Positions 1-8,837 of a DNA stretch of 64,000 nucleotides are shown one piece after another; position 1 is the first letter of the stretch, and each line of letters begins with the position of its first letter. A model generated the notes under the pieces. It had not been told where the DNA came from. It did not search any database and was given only the letters and a program-made list of their open reading frames with translations. The stretch is from an uncultured Actinomycetota bacterium (GTDB lineage Bacteria; Actinomycetota; Actinomycetes; Mycobacteriales; CAVVZQ01): assembly GCA_963752715.1 (NCBI GenBank), contig CAVVZQ010000008.1, positions 49,524 through 113,523 on the forward strand. Direction: 5' to 3'. A program made the translations under genes and the position numbers.

Positions 1-703
1 GCGACCAGCCCTGGCTCATGTTGCCGACCCGGACCACCTCGCCGTTGCGCACGTGCCAGACGACGCCGTCGACGGCGCGCAGCGACGTCACGCGCAGGGA
101 GACGTCCTCGACCGTGCCGCTCGCCTCGCCCATGTCGATGATGTCCCCGAGTCCGTACTGGTCCTCCATCAGCATGAACACTCCGGAGAGGAAGTCCTGT
201 ACGAGGGACTGAGCCCCGAAGCCGAGGGCCACACCGACGATCCCGGCCCCGGCGATCAACGGAGTGAGGTTGAAGCCGAACTGGCCGAGGACCATGAGGA
301 CGAGCATCGTCCAGATCACGACGCCGATGATGGTCTTGGCCAGGCTCCCGATGGTCTCGGCGCGCTGTGTCCGGCGCCGCAGGGCGATCGGGTCGTCACC
401 GATCACGACCCGGGCCGTGAGACTCATCGCCCTCTGCTTCTCCTCCCCTGTCTCCCTGGTCTCCTTCTCGACGCCCGCCTCGATGCGCTTGACGTACCTG
501 TCGACCGCGCGGTACAGGAGGAACCGGATGACCAGCAGGATGACGACGATGATCAGCGCCTGGATGGCGGGCTGCAGCAGCTCGTCGAACCACCAGTTCA
601 CGTCGACGACCTTGTCGATGAAGTTCTCGGCGGTGTCGGCGAGGTCGCCGGGATCCAGGCTGGGCGACGGCGTGGGGGTGGGAGTCGGTGTGGGTTCGGC
701 CAT
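1..703 (-). CDS. Mechanosensitive ion channel, MscS family (3' end runs off the window)
   Basis: Not in the ORF track because no stop lies in the window. Reverse translation from ATG at 701-703 gives MAEPTPTPTPTPS..., TM helices, then GFGAQSLVQDFLSGVFMLMEDQYGLGDIIDMGEASGTVEDVSLRVTSLRAVDGVVWHVRNGEV, a typical MscS pore-helix/beta-domain signature. Confidence 0.85.
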   Translation of the reverse strand, partial: MAEPTPTPTPTPSPSLDPGDLADTAENFIDKVVDVNWWFDELLQPAIQALIIVVILLVIRFLLYRAVDRYVKRIEAGVEKETRETGEEKQRAMSLTARVVIGDDPIALRRRTQRAETIGSLAKTIIGVVIWTMLVLMVLGQFGFNLTPLIAGAGIVGVALGFGAQSLVQDFLSGVFMLMEDQYGLGDIIDMGEASGTVEDVSLRVTSLRAVDGVVWHVRNGEVVRVGNMSQGWS

Positions 704-730
704 GTGTCCCCCTCGGTGCGGTCCTGTCCC

Positions 731-766
731 CAGGCTAGGCAGCCTAGGCAGGCTAGGCAGGCTAGG
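731..766. repeat. Four tandem 9-bp units CAGGCTAGG (second unit CAGCCTAGG) just upstream of the MscS start
   Basis: Read directly: caggctagg cagcctagg caggctagg caggctagg, 28 nt upstream of the minus-strand ATG at 703. Confidence 0.9.
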
Positions 767-870
767 CAGGGACGGCCCGTTCCTGCCCGGAATCCGGCCA
801 ACCGCAGGGTAGCCAGCGCGACGGCATTGCGAAACGACGCCGGTCGGTCGATGTCGGGGCGAGCGACGTG

Positions 871-1710
871 CTAGCCGAGCACCGGGCGGCGGCCCGTCGC
901 GAGCTCCCGAGCCGTACGGTTCATGACCCGCTCGACCCGGCGTGCGTACGCCGACGGGGCCTCACCCTCGAGCGCGGACATCGCCGGCAGCACCGCGCCC
1001 CGGATGCGCGTCGGCAGCGGCAGGTACGGCAGCAGCGGCCCGACCGCGCCCACCGTCAGTCCCCACGGGAGGGTCACCGAGACCGGCAGCGCCTTGGTCC
1101 GCAGCGGCGATCGGTCCAGGCGCAGCGCTCTCGCGAGCTCGGCGCCGTCATGCAGGACCAGGGCGGACTCGCCGGCGCCGACGAAGACCATGGGAACGAT
1201 CGGGATCCCCTCGTCCCGCGCGAGCCGGGCGAAACCGCTGCGGCCCGCGAAGGTGACCGCGTGGCGCCGGCTCCAGGGCTTGCCGGCGTCGATGTCTCCG
1301 CCCGGGAAGACGATCACGTGCTCGCCCCGCCCGATCGCCGTGCGCAGACCCTGCTCACCGGCAGGTACGCAGCCCAGCGGCTGCACCATCCAGCCGATCC
1401 CGAGCGCCCACGGCGCCTGGTGCGTGAGGAAGGTCAGGGGCTGCTCGGGCGTGACCGCCAACCGGCGCAGCGTGTCGGCCATGGCGAAGACGTTGAGGTC
1501 GAACAGGCCTCCGAACCCGTGGTTGACCACGATCAGGGCGGGCGGCTCCGGAAGTCCCGCGGAGGTGTCCACGTCCAGCCGGGTGTACGCGGCGACAAGC
1601 TGCGCGTACCGCGCGAAGAGGCGGCGCAGCAGCAGGGGGCATCCGGTCACGCTCGACACGGACGACCATAGCCCGGCTCCCGGCTCCCGGCAGCGGCCTG
1701 CGGGTGCCAT
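871..1710 (-). CDS. Lysophospholipid (1-acyl-sn-glycerol-3-phosphate) acyltransferase family protein
   Basis: C-terminal 279 aa of track ORF 871..2298, taken from the internal ATG at 1710. Motifs VVNHGFGGLFD (H-x4-D) and VIVFPGGDID. The longer N-terminal extension is antisense to the DUF4190 gene. Confidence 0.8.
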   Translation of the reverse strand: MAPAGRCREPGAGLWSSVSSVTGCPLLLRRLFARYAQLVAAYTRLDVDTSAGLPEPPALIVVNHGFGGLFDLNVFAMADTLRRLAVTPEQPLTFLTHQAPWALGIGWMVQPLGCVPAGEQGLRTAIGRGEHVIVFPGGDIDAGKPWSRRHAVTFAGRSGFARLARDEGIPIVPMVFVGAGESALVLHDGAELARALRLDRSPLRTKALPVSVTLPWGLTVGAVGPLLPYLPLPTRIRGAVLPAMSALEGEAPSAYARRVERVMNRTARELATGRRPVLG

Positions 1711-1771
1711 ATGGGTGGAATCTCGGCAGACTGGATCGAGGGCACCTGCAGTCGATCCTCGGAGGACCGTG

Positions 1772-2268
1772 ATGACGAGCACCCCCGATGGCGGGGACCG
1801 TGACCTGGAAGGAACCCAGCCGCAGCCTTCCGGCGACCAGCCGACGTACGGGAGTCCGCCGCCACCGCCGTACGGGACCCGCACGCCACCGCCGTACGGG
1901 ACCCCGCCACCGCCGTACGGGACAGAGCCGGCTCCGTACGGGACCCCGCCAGCTCGCCGTACGGGACCCCGCCGCCCTACGCAACCGGGCCCGGCCCGCA
2001 GTACCGCTACGCCCCCGCCCAGCGGACCAGCAACGGACTCGCCATCTCGGGACTCATCAGCGGCATCGCCGGGTTGATCCTGTTCGGGGTGATCCTGGGG
2101 CCGCTGGCGATCGCGCTGGGCTGGATGGGGCTGCGCAAGGCGAGGACCCTGCCGGACCGCAGAGGCGAGACGATGTCGAAGTGGGCGATGGGGCTCGGTA
2201 TCGCCGCGACGGTGTTTGCCGTCATGGTGTTCGGTCTGTTTCTGAGCGACCCGTCCGGGGTGCTGTAG
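1772..2268 (+). pseudogene. DUF4190-type membrane protein with Pro-rich PPYG repeats, interrupted by a 1-nt frameshift near 1949-1956
   Basis: Frame 2 from ATG 1772 reads MTSTPDGG...PPPPPYGTRTPPPYGTPPPPYGTEPAPYGTPPA. The sense then continues only in frame 1: SPYGTPPPYATGPGPQYRYAPAQRTSNGLAISGLISGIAGLILFGVILGPLAIALGWMGLRKA...(stop 2268). Frame 1 has no start codon between its stop at 1801 and the TM domain. Confidence 0.6.
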
Positions 2269-2377
2269 CAGTTCCGCGCGCCCACTCGGTCCAGGCACGG
2301 AGCCCGTCTACCGCCTGGTGTCGGAATGGGTCAGGAGGCGCTCGGGGAAGGGGCTGGGGAAGGGCTCGGCAGGTGTG

Positions 2378-2995
2378 ATGCGCAACAGCGCGGTGTTCCT
2401 GTGGCGCGACCGCGCGCTGTTCCTCGGCGACCGGTCCACCACCGCCGTCCACAGCCACTACGCCTGCGAGATCAGCGTCGCGCTCGACGACCTCGGCCTC
2501 ACCAGCGCGGTTGCGGACGGACCCACGCTGCACGGCGTTCCCGGGGCCGTCGTTGCCTCCGCCACCCCCCACTCCCTGGACATCCCGGGGGAGAAGGTCG
2601 CGGTGTTCTACCTGGACCCGGCCGGTCACGACGGCGTGAGCGTGCAGGCCTGGCTGGACCGGCGGCCCTGCGCCGCGCTCCCCGACGGTGCTGCCCGAGC
2701 CGTACGGCCGAGCCTGCTGGAGCTGTTCGAGCGCCGTACCGGGCTCGAGGACGCCTCGCGGGCCTGCGCCGCCCTGGTGGGATCGCTCACGACGGGTACC
2801 CGGCGCAGTCCTGCCCGAGGGCGGCTCGACCCACGGGTCGAGCAGGTTGTGGCCCTGATGGAGGCACGGCTGGACCAGCCACCGTCCTTGGCGGAAGCGG
2901 CTGCCGCGGTGAGCCTGTCGCCGACGCGGCTGCGGCAGCTGTTCTCCGAGCAGGTGGGAGTGCCGATGCTCGTACGAGCCGCCGCCGGGGCATGA
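2378..2995 (+). CDS. AraC-family transcriptional regulator, second helix-turn-helix missing (probable pseudogene)
   Basis: Cupin-like N-terminal part, then SLAEAAAAVSLSPTRLRQLFSEQVGVP (first AraC HTH), then a stop 9 codons later. An out-of-frame MRYRMTLGLRVR follows at 2997-3060 and resembles the expected RRYRLWLRL continuation. Confidence 0.6.
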   Translation: MRNSAVFLWRDRALFLGDRSTTAVHSHYACEISVALDDLGLTSAVADGPTLHGVPGAVVASATPHSLDIPGEKVAVFYLDPAGHDGVSVQAWLDRRPCAALPDGAARAVRPSLLELFERRTGLEDASRACAALVGSLTTGTRRSPARGRLDPRVEQVVALMEARLDQPPSLAEAAAAVSLSPTRLRQLFSEQVGVPMLVRAAAGA

Positions 2996-3177
2996 CGATG
3001 AGGTACCGGATGACGTTGGGGTTGCGGGTGAGGTGCAGGGTGACGGTGAGGGTGAGGTAGCGGCCCGTCAGGGGCGGTAGGTGTCCGCGACACACACCGG
3101 GCGCCGTGCTGGCCGTGCAGGCCGAGACTGCCACGTTCGGGGTGTCCGTCGCGGGGCAGTCAGGCCTGACGGCTGAC

Positions 3178-5112
3178 CTACCAGGCGCCGCCGCCACCAC
3201 CTCCGCCGCCACCGCCGCCACCACCTCCGAAGCCGCCTCCGCCGCCGGAGCTGGGCGGGGTGAAGGCACCGTGGAGCGAGGCGTTGATCCCGGCGAAGGC
3301 GTTCGCACTGTGCCCGCCCGAGTAGCCGTAGGACCCGTACCAGTACAGCGACGAGGTCCTCTCCAGCTCCGGCGGAGCCTTGAGCCTCGCCGTGCGCAGC
3401 ACCTCTTCCGCGACGCCGAGAGCAATCCCGTACACCAGGAAGCTCTCCCACAGCGCCAGCGAGATCGCCGGGGCGTCCTCGAGACGGCTGAAGTCCTGCA
3501 GGTACCTGCGGAAGGCCTCCCAACGGGCTGCCAGCAGGGCTCCCTCCTTGGTGCGCTTGGCCAGCGCGCGCCGTGAGCTGAACAGCGCGAAGAAGATCAG
3601 CACGTTGATGACCGCCCCGCCGATGAGCAGGGGGAGCAGGATCGCGAAGCGAGGGTTGCTGGACAGCGCCATGACTGCCAGGAGCGCAGCGCCGAACAGC
3701 AGCGCGATGATCCCCAGCCCGGCGGCGGCGGCCCAGCGGCCACGCCTGTCGAGAAGCCGCTCACGCTCCAGGGCTGCCAGGGTCTCCGCGCGGAACTGCT
3801 TGTAGGAACTGGCGTTCGCGGCGGCGTCGTCCCGGATCCGGTCGCGGAAGTCGTTGAGGGCGACGGGTCCGTCCCCGAGCACGCGCCTCATGACCGTCAT
3901 GACGTCGGCTTCGTACGGGGTCAGCGAGGGGGACGGGTTGGCCGTGAGCGAGAGCTCGAGGTCGGTGATCTGCTCCTGGCGCATACCCATCCAGGTGCTG
4001 TGCACCGCGGTCACGGGTCCGGCGCCGATCTCTCCGCGACGTACCAGGTCGAACAAGGTGGCGGTGAATCCGCGCTCGTCCACTCCGCCCTGGGAGAGCA
4101 GGCCTTCGATCATGGCCGGGGGGTGAGCCGACGGCGGCTCCTGCTCGTACTCACGGTCGTAGGAGACCCGAGGCTCACGTCCGTACCGCAGGTACACGAA
4201 ACCGACCGCCACGAGGGCCGGTACGAATGCGAGCAGGACCAGGATCGCGACCAGGACCCACAGCAGGTAGTACTCGCGACGTTCCGCGGCGGCGAACCGC
4301 TCCTCCTCCGCCCGGATGTCCTCCAGTCCGTCGCCGGCGACGACCGTGGCCGCCGCAGTGCTGTCCAGCAGGTCCCGTGGGAACACCACCCGCATCTCGA
4401 CCCACTGGCCGGCCGGGATGCCGGAGGCGGTGAGGACCGGGTCGATGCCGCTCTCGCCCAGGCTGGTGCTTCCGGTGACCACGTCCGGGTGGCCCCAGAC
4501 CAGGACCTCGCCCGGCGCTGCGCCCTCCGGCACCTCCATCCGCGCGGTGAGCCTGTCCAGCGCCACCTCCCACTCGTCGCCCCAGACCTTGAGGTTCACG
4601 TCGACGACGTCGTCGTAGGCCTGCGCCAGCCCGGTGAACGTGTAGCTGAGGGTGAAGGTTCGTGACTCGCTGAAGGCGTCGTAGTGCCACACGATGCGGA
4701 TGCGGTTCCCCAGGTCACGGACCCCGTAGGTGCCGACAGGGCTGGTGCAGCCCAGATCGGTGCATCCGCCGGGCACGTACGCGACGCTGCCCTCGGCGAC
4801 GGAGATGTCCGTCAGGCTCTCCCCGGCCCGCAACGGGATCTCGCGGTACGCGCCGGAGAACGGGCCGTCGAAGGAGTAGGTGATCTGCTCGGTGACGACA
4901 ACGGAGCCGTCCCGCTCCACTACCACGGTGGTGTCGGCCTGAGGCAGGGTGAAGGACTTCGCCTGCGCCGGAGCCGCGACCCATAGCAGCGCCGACACCA
5001 GTGCGACCAGAACGGGCAGCAGGACGGCCAGCACCCGGGCTCGTGGCAGGTGCGGAGAGTTCCGTAGCGGTCGGACCCGGGTCAGCGGCGGGGGGAGATG
5101 GGTCGCGCTCAT
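3178..5112 (-). CDS. DUF2207 domain membrane protein with a C-terminal poly-glycine tail
   Basis: 644-aa ORF with signal/TM, an extracellular domain, several TM helices and a tail SSGGGGGFGGGGGGGGGGGGGGAW. Sits immediately downstream of lemA, the usual LemA-DUF2207 pairing. Confidence 0.8.
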   Translation of the reverse strand: MSATHLPPPLTRVRPLRNSPHLPRARVLAVLLPVLVALVSALLWVAAPAQAKSFTLPQADTTVVVERDGSVVVTEQITYSFDGPFSGAYREIPLRAGESLTDISVAEGSVAYVPGGCTDLGCTSPVGTYGVRDLGNRIRIVWHYDAFSESRTFTLSYTFTGLAQAYDDVVDVNLKVWGDEWEVALDRLTARMEVPEGAAPGEVLVWGHPDVVTGSTSLGESGIDPVLTASGIPAGQWVEMRVVFPRDLLDSTAAATVVAGDGLEDIRAEEERFAAAERREYYLLWVLVAILVLLAFVPALVAVGFVYLRYGREPRVSYDREYEQEPPSAHPPAMIEGLLSQGGVDERGFTATLFDLVRRGEIGAGPVTAVHSTWMGMRQEQITDLELSLTANPSPSLTPYEADVMTVMRRVLGDGPVALNDFRDRIRDDAAANASSYKQFRAETLAALERERLLDRRGRWAAAAGLGIIALLFGAALLAVMALSSNPRFAILLPLLIGGAVINVLIFFALFSSRRALAKRTKEGALLAARWEAFRRYLQDFSRLEDAPAISLALWESFLVYGIALGVAEEVLRTARLKAPPELERTSSLYWYGSYGYSGGHSANAFAGINASLHGAFTPPSSGGGGGFGGGGGGGGGGGGGGAW

Positions 5113-5115
5113 GGC

Positions 5116-5670
5116 TCAGAACTGGACCCGAGGAGCGACGTCGGCCTCCGGCGGGGCCTCGAAGTACTCGCGCGTGGTGAAGCCCGTCAGACCGGCCACC
5201 ACATTGCTGGGCACCGTCTGGACCTTGGTGTTGTAGGTCAGCACGGTGTCGTTGTAGATCTGCCGCGAGATCGCGATCTTGTTCTCGGTCTCGGTGAGCT
5301 GGGACTGCAGTGAGGCGAAGTTCTCCGACGCTCGTAGCTGCGGGTATGCCTCCGAGAGCGCGAACAGCTGTCGCAAGGCCCCGGACAGCGCGTTCTCCGC
5401 TGCTGCCTGCTGCTGGGGCCCCTGGGCGGCGGCTGCCGCGTTGCGCGCGTTGATGACGGCCTCGAAGGTCTGCCGTTCGTGGCTGGCGTAGCCCTTCACC
5501 GTCTCCACCAGGTTGGGGACCAGGTCGTACCGACGCTTGAGCTGGACCTCGACCTGACCCCAGGCGTTGTCCACCCGGTTCCGGCGGGTGACCAGCCCGT
5601 TGTAGGCCACCACGAACCACGCTCCCACTGCCACAACGAGCACCAGCAGGACGATGACGAAGATCTCCAT
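5116..5670 (-). CDS. lemA: LemA family protein
   Basis: MEIFVIVLLVLVVAVGAWFVVAYNGLVTRRNRVDNAWGQVEVQLKRRYDLVPNLVETVKGYASHE matches LemA. The start could instead be the upstream codon at 5712. Confidence 0.85.
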   Translation of the reverse strand: MEIFVIVLLVLVVAVGAWFVVAYNGLVTRRNRVDNAWGQVEVQLKRRYDLVPNLVETVKGYASHERQTFEAVINARNAAAAAQGPQQQAAAENALSGALRQLFALSEAYPQLRASENFASLQSQLTETENKIAISRQIYNDTVLTYNTKVQTVPSNVVAGLTGFTTREYFEAPPEADVAPRVQF

Positions 5671-5793
5671 GACTCCACGGTAGGACTGCGGCGCCGTCGC
5701 TCGCTGGCCCATCTGCGAGGGGCGAGCCGATCAGGTCTGTGAAACGGCTCCCAATCTGTCTATTCGGCGGACCCGATCTGGAGGGTTCGTCCG

Positions 5794-6243
5794 TCAGGGA
5801 CGCGCGTAGACGCCGGTCAGCGTCGCGTCGGCGAGAGTGTGGTCGGCCAGCGCGGCCCGCAGAGTCGGCTTGTCGACTCCCAAGGGGAGCCCCAGCTCGG
5901 TATCCACCGCGTACACGGTGATCACGTACCGGTGCTGGCCCCGGGGCGGGCACGGGCCGCCGTAGTCGCTGCGCCCCCACGAGTTGACCCCGACTGTCCC
6001 GGCCCGCCCGGCCGGCCTGGGCGCGGCGCCTTCGGGGATTCCGTCCCCGACCGGGATGTCGTAGAGGAGCCAGTGGTCCCAAGTGCCTCGCGGGGCATCG
6101 GGATCCTCCATGATCAGTGCGAGGCTCCGGGTGTCGGCGGGCACGTCGTGGAACGACAGGGGCGGCGAGATGTCGTCGCCGTCGCAGGTGTACGTCCTCG
6201 GGATGCTCTCGCCCTCGGCGAACGTGCTGGACGTCACTCTCAT
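5794..6243 (-). CDS. YbhB/YbcL (PEBP, Raf-kinase-inhibitor-like) family protein
   Basis: 149 aa with MEDPDAPRGTWDHW and GPCPPRGQHRYVITVYA, the PEBP DPDxP and HRY motifs. Confidence 0.85.
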   Translation of the reverse strand: MRVTSSTFAEGESIPRTYTCDGDDISPPLSFHDVPADTRSLALIMEDPDAPRGTWDHWLLYDIPVGDGIPEGAAPRPAGRAGTVGVNSWGRSDYGGPCPPRGQHRYVITVYAVDTELGLPLGVDKPTLRAALADHTLADATLTGVYARP

Positions 6244-6297
6244 ACCCGCGGGACCTCCCTCGCTCGGCTGGCCGTCTGACGACTCCGTGGCCTGCCC

Positions 6298-7077
6298 CTA
6301 GCCGCCCCTCGGGAGCCACCGGAAGAACCTCAGCGCCAGCAGCCAGCAGGCGATTCCCCACAACGCCACGACACCGAGCTGCGCCCAGTCGAAGCCCTGG
6401 GTCTCGGTCAGGGGGTTGAGGGACTCCGAGAGCGCCTCGAAGGCGTGGTAGACGGGAAAAACCCGGGCGAAGTTCTGCAGCCCCTCCGGCAGGTCGTCGA
6501 AGACGAAGAAGACCCCGGAGATGAAGTACAGCGGCAGGATGACCAGGTTGGCCATCGGAGACGCCGCGCCCGAGGTCGGGACCAGTGCCGTGAACGCGAC
6601 GCCGATGGCGCAGAACGACCCGGCCACCACCAGGACCGTCAGCAGCACCGCGGGCAGCGAGGCCCACCGGACGTCCACGCCGAAGACGATCGCGCCGATC
6701 GCCACCATCAGAGCGGTCATCACGTACGAGATCAGGATGCCGATCACGATTCGCGAGCCGATGAACACGCCCTTCGGCATCGGTGTCCCGATCAGGCGCT
6801 TCAGCCGCCCCGCCTCACGGTCCTCCACCACCCCGATGGAGAGGTTCACGAAGGTGGCGGAGCCGATCGCGAGCGTCAGGATCGCGGGCAGGAAGTAGGT
6901 GGCGCCGGAGATCGTCGAGCCGTCCTCGAGAGTGATGTCGGCGTTGCCGAAGACTCCGACGAACACGAACAGGAAGACCAGCGGGAAGAGGATGGTGAAC
7001 CCGACGGCTTCCGGCTCGCGGCGGAACACCTTCAGGTCGTACTTCACCTGGTGGACAAGCAGCGAAGGGGAAGCCAT
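6298..7077 (-). CDS. ABC-2 type transporter permease
   Basis: 259 aa, six predicted TM helices, ABC-2 style sequence. The start overlaps the stop of the upstream ATPase (TGATG). Confidence 0.8.
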   Translation of the reverse strand: MASPSLLVHQVKYDLKVFRREPEAVGFTILFPLVFLFVFVGVFGNADITLEDGSTISGATYFLPAILTLAIGSATFVNLSIGVVEDREAGRLKRLIGTPMPKGVFIGSRIVIGILISYVMTALMVAIGAIVFGVDVRWASLPAVLLTVLVVAGSFCAIGVAFTALVPTSGAASPMANLVILPLYFISGVFFVFDDLPEGLQNFARVFPVYHAFEALSESLNPLTETQGFDWAQLGVVALWGIACWLLALRFFRWLPRGG

Positions 7078-8150
7078 CAGGTCTCACCTCCAGCGCCAGG
7101 TCCTGAATCGGGTCTGGGCCCAGTGCCGGGCGTAGTGCCGGATGCAGTGCCGGGTCTGGCCCCGCCGGAAGCGTCGGACAGCCGCGAGCCGTCCGGGGCT
7201 GCGCCCACCAGCTCCAGGTAGATGTCCTCCAGCGTGGGGCGCGTGACACTCAGCCCGACGAGCTCGTGTCCCTGGGCGAGCGCCCAGGCGGTGAGATTGG
7301 ACAGCACCGGAACCGGTGTGTCCGTCACCACCGTCGCCCAGTCGCCCTCCGCACGGGTGATCCCGTGTGGCTCACCGGGGCCGAGCACCGCCGGGAAGGC
7401 GACCGCTTCCCGTACGGCGTCGAGCGTGGCACCGGGCGGCAGCCGGAACCGGATGCGGACCGACGCCCGGTCCCGCCCCCCGATCTCATCGGGGCGCCCC
7501 CGAGCGACGATCACGCCGTCGGCGATCACCGCGATCTCGTCGGCGAGTGCCTGGGCCTCGTCCATGTAGTGGGTGGTCAGCAGGATGGTCATGCCGTCGC
7601 TGGTGAGGTTCTTGACGGTGTTCCAAGCCTCGCGCCGCGCCGCGGGGTCGAATCCGGTCGTGGGCTCGTCGAGGAAGAGCAGCTCGGGTCGCCCGACGAT
7701 GCCCAGCGCAAGGTCGAGCCGCCGCTGCAGCCCACCCGAGAGGTTCTTGACCAGGCTGTCGGCCTTGTCGGACAAGCCGGTCATCTCGAGGACCTCGGCC
7801 ACGCCGCGCGGGTCGCGGTAGTACCCGGCCTGACGAGCCACCGCTTCGGACGCGGTCAGGGAGGGCGGGACAGCCACTTCCTGCAGGACAACCCCGATCC
7901 GGGAGCGGTACTCGCGGGTGGCATGGGCAGGGTCGGTACCCAGCACGGACACCTCGCCGGCGTCCCGCTTGCGGTAGCCCTCGAGAATCTCCATCGTGGT
8001 CGTCTTGCCGGCACCGTTCGGGCCGAGCACGGCGAACACGCTGCCTTCCGGCACGTCGAGGTCGATGCCCCTGACCGCCTCAACGTCGGGTTTCTTGCCT
8101 GCCCCGTGGTACGTCTTGCGCAATCCGGCAATGGACACCGCCGCAGTCAT
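7077..8150 (-). CDS. ABC transporter ATP-binding protein (DrrA-like)
   Basis: Walker A GPNGAGKTT, signature LSGGLQRRL, Walker B LLFLDEPTTGFD. Confidence 0.9.
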   Translation of the reverse strand: MTAAVSIAGLRKTYHGAGKKPDVEAVRGIDLDVPEGSVFAVLGPNGAGKTTTMEILEGYRKRDAGEVSVLGTDPAHATREYRSRIGVVLQEVAVPPSLTASEAVARQAGYYRDPRGVAEVLEMTGLSDKADSLVKNLSGGLQRRLDLALGIVGRPELLFLDEPTTGFDPAARREAWNTVKNLTSDGMTILLTTHYMDEAQALADEIAVIADGVIVARGRPDEIGGRDRASVRIRFRLPPGATLDAVREAVAFPAVLGPGEPHGITRAEGDWATVVTDTPVPVLSNLTAWALAQGHELVGLSVTRPTLEDIYLELVGAAPDGSRLSDASGGARPGTASGTTPGTGPRPDSGPGAGGET

Positions 8151-8276
8151 ACCTCGACCCTAGCGCCGGCGACGGAACCGGAGCGTCACCACGCGATGCC
8201 AGTTCGTCAGGATCGCCGCCTCAGGCTCACCCCCGTTCGCCCGCGGACGACCGGCACGTGGGCGTGTCACGGACAC

Positions 8277-8777
8277 ATGAGAGGGTATGAGGCGGTGGTG
8301 ACCCGCGACGACGAGACCTGGCTCGAGCGAACAGTCGAGCGTGCGGTCGAGGGCGTGGCGGAGGGGAATGGGCCGTTCGCCGCAATGGTCGTGCAGGAGT
8401 CGGACGGTCGGGTGCTCGCCGTTGGGTGCAACCGGGTGACCCTCGACCTGGACCCCAGCGCCCACGCGGAGGTGGTCGCGATTCGTCGCGCCTGCCGGGA
8501 GATCCGCGACTTCAGGCTGATCGGGTGCGTTCTCTACGCCTCGTGCGAACCCTGCCCGATGTGCCTGGGAACCGCGCTGTGGGCACGGCTCAGCCGGGTG
8601 GTGTTCGCTGCGAACCGACATGAGGCGACGGCTGCCGGGTTCGACGACTGCGCCTTCCACGACCTGATGCGGCAGCCGTACGAGGCATGGCCGCTCTCGG
8701 TGACGCGACTCCCGGTGCCGACCCGGTGTCGGCCCTTCGAGGCGTGGCGACAGACGTCGGGAGTTGTTCCTTACTGA
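8277..8777 (+). CDS. Nucleoside/tRNA-adenosine deaminase (CMP/dCMP deaminase zinc-binding family)
   Basis: Internal ATG of track ORF 7266..8777. Zinc motifs HAEVVAI and PCPMC. Confidence 0.8.
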   Translation: MRGYEAVVTRDDETWLERTVERAVEGVAEGNGPFAAMVVQESDGRVLAVGCNRVTLDLDPSAHAEVVAIRRACREIRDFRLIGCVLYASCEPCPMCLGTALWARLSRVVFAANRHEATAAGFDDCAFHDLMRQPYEAWPLSVTRLPVPTRCRPFEAWRQTSGVVPY

Positions 8778-8837
8778 GGCCTGCGGTGTCTGGGGGGTCT
8801 GGGACGATGGGGTTGGCGACGGTAGAGAGGGCCTGGC

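Noticed and set aside
871-2298. 475-aa version of the acyltransferase ORF
   Set aside because: The N-terminal 196 aa are the antisense of the DUF4190 PPYG repeats (they appear as GGVPYGG repeats). Acyltransferase homology begins after the internal Met at 1710.
3020-3062. G-rich tract (GGGG..GGG..GGG..GGG) as a possible G-quadruplex
   Set aside because: The loops are up to 9 nt, and the tract is explained as out-of-frame AraC remnant sequence. It is much weaker than the array at 50183-50214.
4715-6667. 650-aa minus-strand ORF spanning DUF2207, lemA, PEBP and the permease in another frame
   Set aside because: It runs across four well-supported same-strand genes in a different reading frame. 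It has off-frame composition and no recognisable motifs.
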